Source: Trichoplax adhaerens
Lineage: Eukaryota; Animalia; Placozoa
Reading direction: 5' to 3'
DNA length: 64,000 bases
NCBI RefSeq assembly: GCF_000150275.1
Contig: NW_002060947.1
Span: 6,215,648 to 6,279,647, forward strand
Positions 1 through 12,378 of this stretch are shown piece after piece. How positions within the stretch are numbered: the stretch's first letter is position 1; each line of letters begins with the position of its first letter. Position numbers and translations under genes: made by a program. Below the pieces are notes generated by a model. The model made no database searches. It was not told where the DNA came from and saw nothing but the letters and a program-made list of their open reading frames with translations.

Positions 1-350
1 GTCAATCTGCTTCTGAAGGTAAACAGTGACATCAGCATTGACAACAGTTGAGCACAGAATCTACCGTCATTGGCGAGAACAGAATGGTGTACGAGTGATA
101 GCCATCAAGTATCGTACTAAACCATGAAGAAAAATGGAAAAAGCTTTTTTATCTTGATGACACTGATTGTAGGTCATTCACTCAGTGATGGCCAACCATT
201 TTACGCTAATAGAATCACTAATACTAGGGGATTTTCCAGTCATAATTGACAGTATTGTATGTAATGCGTTGATGAATTCTTAGGGGAAATCAATGACTTC
301 ATTTTTATTATCTGCTATCCAACAGTATCATGAGTCGGCCAATAGATATT

Positions 351-482
351 GAAAGTAAGAATTTTTTCAATCATACTGCAATATTGTAATGTAAAATTCA
401 GTCACAGCTTCCTACATCGAAAGTAAGAATCTTTTCAATCATACTGTAATATTGTAATGTAAAATTCAGTCACAGCTTCCTA
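351..482. repeat. Tandem duplication, 68-bp unit x2
   Basis: gaaagtaagaat...cagtcacagcttccta starts at 351 and again at 419 with about 2 mismatches. Confidence 0.95.
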
Positions 483-768
483 TGGTACGGTAGAGCAGGC
501 CTTTTCTGTCCGTTCACGCCTATGGGTAGTCACTCTTGACTATTTTGAGTTGATGCGGCAAAAATAAATTATTTTATTTATTTAATTTATTATCTATTAT
601 TGACCATAATTATTAGAGGGTAAGACAGACATTAAAATTAGGAATTTTCCAGCAACAATGATGGCAATGCAAAAATTGGCTGCCAAATTTGAACATTACA
701 GTATATCAGGCATTTTAATATACAGCGCCCTCTACCGACGCCGTTTCAATTTTAGCAAATATGAATAA

Positions 769-1033
769 TTTATTATCTACTATCTGTAATATATTCCGAT
801 ATTATATCCAGTTCATCAAATGAAGGATAGAAAATGCAGGGAAAAAATCAGTCTATTAAAAATAAGTAGCAAAGAGATAGTGACACATACAAGGCAGAGG
901 TTTATTATCTACTATCTGTAATATATTCCGATATTATATCCAGTTCATCAAATGATGGATAGAAAATGCAGGGAAAAAATCAGTTTATTACAAATAAGTA
1001 GCAAAGAGATAGCGACACATAGCAGGCAAAGGG
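769..1033. repeat. Tandem duplication, 132-bp unit x2
   Basis: tttattatctactatctgtaat...ggca(g/a)aggg at 769 and 901, near-identical. Confidence 0.95.
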
Positions 1034-2656
1034 TATGTCAATACATTTGAATTTTGAATCGATTAAACTGATTGTATACGTATTTCAAAATTACAGTATA
1101 AGGGATAGGGGATATATCGGATCCCCCCTCTCGCCGATAAAAATGACGAGGGACTTATATACTGTACCGTACGTCAACAGATTCAAAAAAGTTATGATTT
1201 GCGAAATTCTTGAAATCCTGACTTACATAGTCAACAATTTAGAACGAATTAGCTAACCAGAGTCTATATACAGTGCATTAGACCTAAGGATTTTCCAATA
1301 AACAGAGCTATGCAAAACTTACTACGAGCTTCAACTATTAAAGTATCTTGAGTAATTACAGTGTCGTTCTGACAGCTGTAGACTATGATTTTAGTATGAT
1401 ACATTTAGAAATCAACTAATGTGTTGTAATAATTCTTAGGAGGATAATGAACTAATAAATTCTATCTACTTAATTGTACTCTATATGATCGTAGATTAAC
1501 TATGATCGACATTTCAACTTAAATCGTTTAGCGGTAATGCTTGCTGCTTACATGCAACGAACAAATCGTTGAGTCAGTCCGTAATAAAGCCATTACTTGT
1601 CAAATGCTTTCGCTGTACGCTCGAACAACAAAGAGTAGAAGACAGTCTTTGATATTCAATATAGATTTGATCTACGACAGCATGTCTCCGCTCTTTGCGA
1701 TCTGCTTTGCAGCTATTCATGAAACTACGATGAAGTACGCTGGCTAATGTTGTTCAATATTAATTAGGCAGTAACCATCTACAAAAGAAGGCTATCTCAA
1801 CTTTTGCCTTCTAAGCATAATAAATAACGCAAGAAATGCATATCGAATACACTGGGTAAACGCTCAATGGCATACGTAGCTTCTAGTTTCTACATTACAA
1901 CATTGGCAACGATTGCTACCGGCATTCTTATTCTAGTGATAACTTCTAAATAGAAATAATACGGAACACATTTTCGCATAACTTACCGGATTAATTAGCT
2001 TTATTTCTATTCGCTAGTGATAGAAGCAAGCTTCGTCAGTTGTATGCAGTATCAGACATCAGCTGATCAAATTATTGATTAGAAATATTCAATAAGGCAT
2101 TACGTTCATGTATTACCGCACCAATTACTGTAAATTGGCTCGTTCTATCGATAAAGATGAGAAATTCAAAATGCATGCGAGGGATAAGCCACCGACTCAA
2201 TAACCATTGCTATTTATACGTATGCTGATTTTAACTAAGTGCGTGTTTTCCACTCTTGGTTTATAATGCTAATGAATCAGCTATTATTTTATTTATAATA
2301 TCCAACCATCACGAATTAATCCGGAAGAGAATACGCTGCTCTTTAGGATAGGATCATAAAAATTAATTTTACGCCAGTGCGGCAGCTTTCATGTTAGAGT
2401 TTTACTCTGCCAGTGTCTTATGAACCCTACTGTTGCAAAAATTACATCTATTGCAGTAACTATTCTGCTCATACTCTACTCACTATCTCCAGTACTACAG
2501 TATCAATCGTTATATCTTCTTACTAGATGGAACAAAGTTTCTGCTATTTGTACAGCCAGATCTTCATCTAGAACTAAGACCTCAATAAGAATAATCTTAT
2601 AATTTTCCACGTTTTCATTTCTATTGATGCGCTATGATGATATCGTACTTATTAAT

Positions 2657-2870
2657 GAATAAAGTTACGTGTAAACGATTGCCAATTTATGATAGCTTAA
2701 TCTTTACCAAAAGCTAATCAACCGTATTACGATTAATCCCTTCCCCCTGACAGGTTGTGATGATCTAGTGTTTATCAATTAATAAAATTTACGTGTGAAC
2801 AATTGCCGATGAATAAATTTACTTCTGCCAAAATCATTCAATCGTATAACAATTAATCCCTTCATCCTTA
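2657..2870. repeat. Degenerate tandem duplication, about 120-bp unit x2
   Basis: tacgtgt(a/g)aac(g/a)attgcc...attaatcccttc occurs twice, diverged. Confidence 0.7.
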
Positions 2871-3932
2871 TCCTATGAAAATCATGAACGCTTGACTAAT
2901 CAAATTTTAGCATTACTTCGTGCTGGCAATAGTGACTAAAGCACAGCATGATATGCGCAATCGTCTAGCACATACACTGTATGTTATACAGATTCACTTA
3001 ATTAATATAGCAATAATCTATGAAAATTGAACTAGTAGAATCTGAATGTAATATTATTGTACAGTTTTTTAAATACTGCTATCGCGGAATCAGACATCCG
3101 ACGTGTTTTCCTACACTTTCCTATATATAGGATCGGAATAAAGTATCGATGCGCCCTGCATTGTATCTGAAGTAAAATCGGAGCCTTTTTGCAGTTGATC
3201 TTCGACCTTATTTTTTTCGTCTTACCTTCCGATTTCATTGTAGCTAAGCTACTGGAAACATACAGTAAATACGGTAAATACGCTAAAATACTGTCCGAAT
3301 TTGGCTGAAACGCCTCGATCCGATTACTTTGTAGGAAGACGAACAAAAGCTTCTAGTAAATTTCAGGATCTTGTGAGAACTGAATTTTATTTAAGACCTT
3401 TACATTGTAGCCAATCATTTATGCACCCGGTACTAATTACTTTGCATAAAGGGGCGGTGGCTATATTCAATAGCGGAATATAATTCAATAAGGTAGAAAT
3501 TAAGCCATGTTCACCGGTAATTAATTCACAATTATAATTGCAATGCAATAAAATCAGTTCTTATTGTGTATCTGTTATAGAATACACAATCCCGACTTGA
3601 ATACTATAGTAAAGTCCATATGTAATGTAAATAGAATATTTCTCATTTGCTTTCATTCCGCACTAATTGTAACAACCGTATTGGCACCTAAAGCGATTTG
3701 TTATTGTCTGAAAGAATCCGTTATTGTTTTTATTAAGAATATCGGTCTATAGTAGGTCCATTAAGAATCCTCCAAATTAGTCCTATAGTTCTTTCTAATA
3801 AAAATATTTTTCGCGTCCGACAATATAATACTGCGTTTATGAAGTAGTTAACCTTTATCTGGTTGCAATTCTAGCCTTCATTCATTTACAACAGTCCGAC
3901 ATTAAATTTAGTCCAATATCTTTGATTAAATC

Positions 3933-6617
3933 ATGGCCATGTTTTCGTCTACAATAATCAACAGTTTGTTCCGCGCATCTCGAAGTGCAGTTACATACTC
4001 TTCTTCCAACTTGATTCGTCGCCCATATTGGCTATCTCCTAAGCTATATTATTCGATACAAGTTGAAAATCGAGTTCAAGATAAACTAATATCTGTAACA
4101 TGGGACGATGGTAAAACTACAAATTATCCCCATATCTATCTTCGCGATAATTGTCGTTGTTCGTCTTGCTTCGATCCTCAAACTCAACAACGTTCTATCT
4201 CGAATGCTGTATATCACAACTATGCTAATGCAACAATAAAGACAGCCCGAGTAGACGATAAAAACGATAAATTATACTTAGAATGGATAAACGATGGCGA
4301 ACATACAACTAGTAATTTTGAATTAGATTGGTTAAAAGCTCATCGATCTATCACTTATGATGATATTGAAGTTAATCCAGTTACCAAACAGCTATGGGGT
4401 AGCGAAATGAAAAACAATTTACCACAATTCGATTATAATAAAATATTAAATGACGATTCAGAATTACATCGATGGGTGCGTTGTATGTTAAAAGTAGGCA
4501 TTTCATTGCTCGTCGGTTTACCAGAAGACATCGGTCAAGTCAAAAAGTTCGTCAATAGGGTAGCATATCTTCGCAAGACATGCTATGGGTAGGCATAATA
4601 AACATAAATTACTTGTAATTTATATAANNNNNNNNNNNNNNNNNNNNNNNNNNNNNNNNNNNNNNNNNNNNNNNNNNNNNNNNNNNNNNNNNNNNNNNNN
4701 NNNNNNNNNNNNNNNNNNNNNNNNNNNNNNNNNNNNNNNNNNNNNNNNNNNNNNNNNNNNNNNNNNNNNNNNNNNNNNNNNNNACGAAGTTGGTGAGGAT
4801 ATATAAAGTCTCAAAGTTCTTAATTGAGAGTCAGTTACGTTAGTCGATGACAGATGGTTATCAGTTGCTAGTCGTAATTGTAAGTTGTGCGTTCAATCGG
4901 ACATTTTAATAAAATAGCTTCTAGAATAAAGTTTTGATCCTTAACGTGAGTAATCTATCGTCTAAGACTCGAATCTAAGTTTGGTTGATTAAAGAGTGCT
5001 TAGAGTTAGTTGCTTAGATAGTTAAGTCTACTTTAGAGGAAAGAATCCCGTTTAATTCTTGTGTTACAATCTCGGTTGTGACAACGTCTAAACATTTTTA
5101 TCTTAATCGTCAATACGATATGACAATCTCTTTACTAAATTCCAAAAGTGTGCGTGCAGATTAAAATCTAATGCTGATATATTTTTCATCTATAAAAGTA
5201 GATACAGTTAATGGATTAATTCTGCTTATTCAATTTATAGATCTACGTTCAAAATACATACTGATAAAGGTGATGATCTAACGACTATTGCCTATAAAAA
5301 TGGAGGACTAGCTATGCACACTGATCTTGTGTATTATGAAAGCGTTCCAGGGGTAATATCAGATTACCTGCAATAATTGTTTCCATATTCGTTAACGTAC
5401 TATGAATATTAAAATAATATTAACGAAATCAAGTAGTATCAGAATTTCTTTCAAGACTGATTTCTGATCTTAGTAAATATACTACTGTAGAAGCTGTTGT
5501 GAGTAAAAGTATGAGAAATTTTTCCAGTATCCATTTAAGCAAATAATCTAACAGTTTTACTTGTCAGCTTATACAGTAATGTGTACTGCACTCACCTTGA
5601 TTGGGTATGTCTTAAACGACGTAGTCCTATTATAGCAAATATGTTATTTGATTTTATAATGATTCGATGTAAGTAGAAATTGAAGTTAAATTTGTATCTG
5701 CATGTGTGTAAGATAATTGTTGTTAACCCATCTAACGCGTGTGTGAAATTTAGAAAAGTTATTGCAGAATTCTAATATAAATATCGTCAATAATTAATTC
5801 TTAATATTAGCGACAAGACCTTTGTTTACCAAAAAATTTCGTTATTAACTAAATAGATTATCGCAGATTCTTGTCTGAACTAAGAAAATATTATTATGGA
5901 TTTTTATAAATTAGATCCTTTTACTGCACTGTTTAAGACCAGCTAAACAGGGAGGTGAAAATCAAGTCGCTGACGGATTCAAGGCTGCTGAACAATTAAA
6001 GGCCAGTCATCCTGAATATTTTGATATACTTACAAAATATGCCATCCGATATCAAGATGAAGGAACAGATGTCGGTCTTTCCAATTTCAATCAGATAGCT
6101 TATCATCCCGTTATAAGGTATCAACATTAAATTATGTAATTACTAAATTATTATTCCATAGTTGTCTGTATTGTATACTTATTATAGGCTAAGTTATGTC
6201 GAGATAAACAATTTTACTTTGAATGATTTCCAATGCATTAAAGAGGCCAAATTATACTAAATTTATCAATTAATCTTTTCTATATTATGTAGATTGAACT
6301 ATAATGGAGACATCAAACAGATTGCCTATGCTGATCATGCACGATGCTCAAAACTAATTGCACCTAGTGATAAAGTTTTAAGCTTTTATAACGCTATGAC
6401 TCAGTTTCTGCAATATGCATACGATCCCGCTAATATGGTGCAATTTAAGTTACAATCTGGATGCATGATAGCCCTTGATAATTATCGAATCATGCATGGT
6501 AGAACAGGCTTCGAAGAATCTGCGGACAGCATTCGGTTTATTGAAGGTGGATATGTCGATTGGGATGAAGCACTGTCTCGAATGCGCGTGATAGAGAAAG
6601 AACTCGCAATTAATTAA
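3933..6617 (+). CDS. BBOX1: Gamma-butyrobetaine dioxygenase-like (Fe(II)/2OG), type A, intact; exons 3933-4588, 5241-5352, 5915-6117, 6293-6617 (431 aa)
   Basis: GT-AG exons join in frame. Contains the Zn motif LRDNCRCxxC...H, Fe ligands HTD and MHGR, the C-terminal EGGYVDWD and an Arg/Ser-rich N-terminal presequence. The symbol denotes the family; orthology is not shown. Confidence 0.92.
4628..4783. other. Assembly gap (N run) in intron 1 of BBOX-like type A
   Basis: N run. Confidence 1.
4784..5083 (+). mobile_element. 3' part of a probable LTR; 5' end lies in the gap
   Basis: TATATAAAG then AATAAA; ends GGTTGTGACA, matching the GGTTGCGACA end of the TSD-flanked LTR at 9891-10350. Confidence 0.6.
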
Positions 6618-6849
6618 ACTTATCCAACCGTTTACTCTAATCTGTTAACTTTGATAGATGCTTGTAGATTCGATATGCTATCAAATTTAAAGTATAGTAC
6701 AATGAGCTATTTGCCTATTTCCTTGCTTTTGAAACTTTGATGTGCTGAAAAGCTTACTGTATGACTGCTGGTAACTTCATAGAAGATTTACTTTTGATAT
6801 TAATGGAAACAAGTGTTTCATTTTATCTTATCGTATTTTCTAGTATAAA

Positions 6850-7240
6850 TGTAGCTCATTGCAGTAAGCATACAGTACTTCTTCAATACAATTCAAATAA
6901 CTAATGGCAAATTCAACTGGCACTAAAAGGTAACTTTGACGTCAAAACTAACTATGATACAAATCCGAGTTTTAAATTAGATTTATAGGGTTAATTAGCT
7001 ACAGAATGAAACTGAATTGTGAACTTTTTTTAAATCGAATAAGGGTATTTCAACAAGTATATTCTTAATTTCTCTGTTGGTGTTACTTATAATAAACAAA
7101 TTATTTCTTCTATATTGTGATGCATTGTGTAACAATTGTGATATTGTTCAAGGGTAGTCCAGATTAGAACGGTAACTAATATCAGTATGACATGGTAAAA
7201 TTTTGACCTGGGTAAGATTAGTTACTGACTTAAAATATAA
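6850..7240 (+). repeat. Dispersed repeat with an inverted copy at about 16685-17167
   Basis: Blocks caaattcaactggcactaaa...ttgacgtca, acagaatgaaact, gtagtccagattagaac and gttactgactt recur on the minus strand at 16.7-17.2 kb. Confidence 0.8.
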
Positions 7241-8002
7241 GCTCGGTGCTGAATTATATTAATGTTATCATGGCTAATTACCCGACGGTTATCTCCAATT
7301 TGTATTTAAAACAGGTTATAGCAAAAGCTAATCTGTATATATTTACACTATACTCCAAACCTAGTAAGGCATACTACAAACTTACTGCGTAGTACCATAC
7401 ACTTAAATCATTATCAATCATTATTGTAACGGAATTGGACATTTTTACTAAGATCTATTGTACGGTATACATTTAAGATAAATGCAAGTTAATGACTACG
7501 ATATATTGCTAATTATAAATATCGATCATCAGGAGCTTATGTACGTACGTATATTGAATAAAATTGTTTTATATATATTCAATCTAATTTGTTTTTCTTT
7601 ACTTTGATGTAGTGATCATCTTGTTTAATTATCTGGGCCGCCATTACTATAATAAAAGTGTTAAAATTTCTTTAGTTAGTAGATTTAGTAGCTTTATTAG
7701 ATTTCATTTGTTTTGTACCCAATTTCCACTATAGGGATTGATAAATGATGCAAGTTATCTTTATTTTAACGTAATACAACTGGTAAATAATTAAAGGAAA
7801 AGGTTTTTTTAAAATATTCTATTATTTATACCGTATTTTAGCCTATATACTATTCAATATCGACTACAATGGAATAATAAGTTAAAGCTCAAATATTTTA
7901 ATATTGCTGCCTGGTTATTGGATGATAAATTTTCCGATTAAATTCGGGGAGACCGATCTCTTTTCCAATTAAGGTAAAGCACGGCTAAGTGTGTAAGGTC
8001 AG

Positions 8003-8268
8003 TGTTACGGATTTACTAGCATCTCTGTATCTAATTATATTATTTTTTTGGTACTGTATTCGTATCGATTGTATTGCAACCTTATCAGAGCTTAACGGCA
8101 CTAGCTCTGTTCCGTACTAGATCAGTATAGGTACTGTATTAAACAGTATATAAGGTGGTGAGAAAACAGAATAAAGGTAGATATTCACGTGGAAGCTTAG
8201 CTGTCAATCTCGCTTTAGTTGACTGAGAGCATACGAAAAAAAACAGACGCATATCGTTACCGCTAACA
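8003..8268 (+). mobile_element. Solo LTR, 266 bp, with 5-bp TSD GTCAG
   Basis: Termini TGTTA...TAACA; GTCAG at 7998-8002 and 8269-8273; internal TATATAAG and AATAAA; the paralogous promoters have the empty site (single GTCAG at 12003 and 20794). Confidence 0.9.
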
Positions 8269-8634
8269 GTCAGCTATATATGAATCCATATCCATAGTAC
8301 GCCAACTACTTTAATTACGTATACAGAATATATTATGTGGACAATAGTGTTACTAAAAATATTGTTTATGAATCATATTGCATCTAATTATGTATTGTAG
8401 CTATAGTCTTTACAAACAATAATTTACTTTGTAGATAAGCGACATAATTCATGACAATCCCACTTTTTCTGTAAATCATTAAAAACACGGACGTCAAGTA
8501 AAGTCGTTCTTCTATATTTCACTTTTCGCTATCAGTTAGTCTCGTCAACATTCTAACTCTTCGTTTATTACAAGATTAATAGTAGTATTGAGTACTCGCA
8601 CTTCGATATCAAAAGATTAGCGTAAGTAATTATC

Positions 8635-9278
8635 ATGGTCTCTTTCTCAGTAATTAACAGTCTGCTGTCTCGACGTGCGGTTAAATATTCCTCTTCAATC
8701 GTACTTCGACGCCCATATTGGTTATCGTCTAAATTATATTATTCTATACAAGTCGAAAATCGAGTTCAAGATAAGCTAGTATCGGTAAAGTGGGATGATG
8801 GTAAAGTTACAGATTATCCTCATGTTTATCTTCGCGATAATTGTCGATGTCCGTCTTGTTTCGATCCTCAAGCGCAACAACGTATCATCTCGAATCCTAT
8901 CTATCATAACTATACTGATGCAATAGTAAAGACAGCTTGTATGAACGAGAATAAGGATAAATTACATCTAGAATGGATAAACGACGGCGAGCATACGTCT
9001 AGTGTGTTTGAATTAGATTGGTTAAAAGCTCATCGATTTACTGGGGATGACAAAAAGGATGTACATCCAATTAAAAGACAGTTATGGGGTAGCGAAATAC
9101 AACACGACATACCGCAATTCGATTTTGATCGGATCTTAAACGATAAATCAGAACTATATCGATGGCTACGATGTGTAATGGAAAGGGGTATTGCGCTAAT
9201 AGTCGGCTTACCTAAAAGAGCCGGTCAAGTAGAGAAAGTTGCAGCAAAAATAGGTCATCTTCGCGAGACGATTTATGG
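8635..9278 (+). CDS. BBOX-like type B copy 1, exon 1 only; the rest is lost at gap 9514-9563
   Basis: Near-identical to 12379-13022; intron 1 runs to just before the exon-2 acceptor and then enters Ns. Confidence 0.8.
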
Positions 9279-9890
9279 GTAAGAATAAATAAATCAGCGT
9301 TATCAATATACAGTAGTATAAAATGGCTGAGAGAAGATTCCGTACACTTCTATACGCTGTGTTATTATAAAGTTTATATTTACTGTGTTACAGATAACAC
9401 GCTATTTTTCACTTTAATGCTCAGCACTATGTTCGTAGTTCATAATATAGTCATCTGTATATGCGCATTATATAGCATTTGATCAATTACTAAACCNGTA
9501 TCATTCTGATCTTNNNNNNNNNNNNNNNNNNNNNNNNNNNNNNNNNNNNNNNNNNNNNNNNNNATTGCATTGCCTAATAATGAATTACGAGATAAGTAAC
9601 CAAGTTATTGAATCTATTTGAAGAATAAGTTGCAAGTTTAAAATTACGATCTTATTATTATCTTATTATTATTATTATTAGTATTAGAGCATGAATACAA
9701 TTTAAAAACTTAAGCTATTCGAAATATTGCAATATATACTTTTATTATTAAATCAAATGTATCAACCAATAGTATTACAATGTTGAGTTATTCCGCTTTG
9801 GCTAACTGAAATTATCAGAAAAATATTTTATAAATTTATAGGATATGATTACAATAGAAAAATTTAAAAGTGATGTAACACGTGTAAAGG

Positions 9891-10350
9891 TGTCACGGCA
9901 TCATTCACCATACTGAGTTAGATTAATTAATTAACTATTTTCATTTATTAGAAATTGAGATGTTTATATGGCAGTGGATTGTGTTGCGGTGTTTGTTAGT
10001 AGGGTAATAAATCATAGTTGAGAAATCTCCTGTGTGAGGTTCAGAGTAAATAACAAATATCTGAGAAAGTATATAAAGCCTTAGATAATGTCATGTATAT
10101 GGAGAGATATAGAATAAACTGTATTAATAGTTGGTTATCTTAGTAAAATTCTTTGTCTCATTTACTGGTGTAAACGGTTAAGCCAGGATCGACCACAGAA
10201 GCGTAGTTTCTAACCTCACGAAGTTAGTGATCCTTGACGGAAAAATAATTCTAGGAATCGCTGATTTAGTGTGAGGGCTTAACCGTACTTAGTAAAAGGT
10301 TTATGTAGTTTTAATAGAGAAGATTCAGTATCACAAACGTGGTTGCGACA
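9891..10350 (+). mobile_element. Solo LTR, 460 bp, with 5-bp TSD AAAGG
   Basis: Termini TGTCAC...GCGACA; AAAGG at 9886-9890 and 10351-10355; TATATAAAG near 10070 and AATAAA near 10113. Confidence 0.85.
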
Positions 10351-10401
10351 AAAGGTTGCACTGTATTAATGTTCTACTATGAATCTACATAAAGACATAG
10401 A

Positions 10402-10609
10402 TTATCATACAGTTTAAGACGCAACCTGGAATCTTGATTTCTATCGATAATTTTCGTGTCTTGCATGATAGGACAGCTTTTGATGTGTCTCCAGATAATT
10501 TCAGGCATTCAGAAAGTGTGCATATTGATTAGTATGCAGCAACATCTTACATGAGAGTATTGGAGAAGCAGCTTGACATAAAGTAAATTATAAAACTCCT
10601 AACATTTAG
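10402..10609 (+). pseudogene. Decayed last exon of a type-B BBOX-like gene
   Basis: IIQFKTQPGILISIDNFRVLHDRTAFDVSPDNFRHSESVHID*YAATSYMRVLEKQLDIK* aligns to 14884-15084 with in-frame stops; 9564-9800 resembles type-B intron 3. Confidence 0.85.
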
Positions 10610-10683
10610 TTTATCAGTTTTAATGACCAGAATAGTGTGTTGAGTAAGCATTAATAAATCCATGCAACTTGCGAGATTTGCAG

Positions 10684-11612
10684 ATTGGATAGCATATCTT
10701 CGCAAGACATGTTATGAATAAGTCAAGCTAAATATGACCATTCGTGATTAATTAAGTAGTATTATTAGTCTATAGTAAATGATGATAGAGTTACAATTCT
10801 TCTGAAAGTAAAATTACGCCTAAAATATCCATTTAACCGCTAAATACGGCGATATGTATAGCAACTCATGGATAAATTTTAAATCTACGAATACACGCAA
10901 TTTTCGATCTCCAAATCAAAGGTATTATTAACTACCTAATTTATCCATTACGTTTATAGCTCATCATTTTAAGTGCATACCAAAGGCGACGATGTTACAA
11001 CTATTGCCTACAAAAGTAGAGAACTAGCTATGCATAATGATCAGGTGTATTACGCTAACTTTCCAGAATAATAACAAATTATATTAATAATTGCTATCAT
11101 TTTCGTTTAACTAATACGGAACTAATTGAATAATATTTGAGCACCGATTCAAACAATAATTTCTACGCCATATTTATTATTTAATTAAAATACTTCACTC
11201 CTGTAGATATGTAATTCTTAAGTAATGTAATTTTAACACAGTAAATAAGTTACTTAATCAAGATTTAAAGTAGATTTTAAAATCTAACTATACCATTGTA
11301 TGCTAAAATCAAGGGGTTGTAGTAAATCTACTTATAATAAAGTTTTTTCATACAGTGATGGAGCTATTTAGATTCCTACATCCTCGTATAACGTACTGGT
11401 ACTGCGTGTACTGTAAGATACTAAAGTGTTATTGCAAGATTTTACCAGGGATATGATCAATTAATTTTAACATTAACATTAAGATCTTCCAGTTTATCAC
11501 ATGCCACTGTTAACTGTAATCGATTATAGTAGAATAATGCCTGATCAATACTATTATGGACTTTATAAATTAGATGGTTCTGCAACATGGCATTCGAGCG
11601 GTCAAATAAGGA
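10684..11612 (+). pseudogene. Fragmented type-A BBOX-like pseudogene (end of exon 1, exon 2, start of exon 3)
   Basis: tagcatatcttcgcaagacatg matches 4561-4582; exon-2-like KGDDVTTIAYKSRELAMHND at 10980-11045; donor sites mutated. Confidence 0.8.
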
Positions 11613-12378
11613 TGCGATCGTCAATGCATCACACAAAATACTGTACACTGTTTCATCATGGCAGCCATCACCTACAATTACTCTATTAAGTGCAGTGGAA
11701 TACTCTACAGGAAGTCACATCACGCTTTACTTTATGTTACAATTACCTTTTTAAAGCTTATCACTATTGTAATTATCTGAAATTAATAAAATTGATATGG
11801 ACAGTGGGTACTTGCACCGTACTGAAAATCTATATTCTAATATTGCTACTGCTAATAATTATATAACGAAATTTATAAGCAAATGCATTCGGTAACAAAA
11901 GTAAGAATAGCGAGAACAGAGTCCGACTCAGCTGTGTACCGGTATCCTCATAGGAATACAACTTATCATTTATTGGCGGTAAAGCACGGCTAAGTGTGTA
12001 AGGTCAGCTATATACGAATCCATATCCGTAGTACCCCAACTACTTTAATTAAGCATACAGAATATATTGTGTGGACAATAAAGTTACTAAATTATATTGT
12101 TTATGAATCATATTGCATCTAATTATGTATTGTAGCTATAGTCTTTACAAACAATAATTTACTTTGTGGATAAGCAACATAATTCATGACAATCATTACA
12201 ATCCCACTTTTTCTGTAAATTATTAAAAACACGGATGTCAAGTAAAAGTCGTTCTTCTATATTTTACTTTTCGCTATCAGTTAGTCTCGTCAACATTCTA
12301 ACTCTTCGTTTATTACAAGATTAATAGTTGTATTGAGTACTCACACTTCGATATCAAAGATTAACGTAAGTAATTATC

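Noticed and set aside
1500-3350. Coding-like stretches on the minus strand (about 1570-1750, 2375-2625, 3032-3240)
   Set aside because: Interrupted by stops, no recognisable domain and no consistent splice model; possibly a decayed gene. A translated search would be needed.
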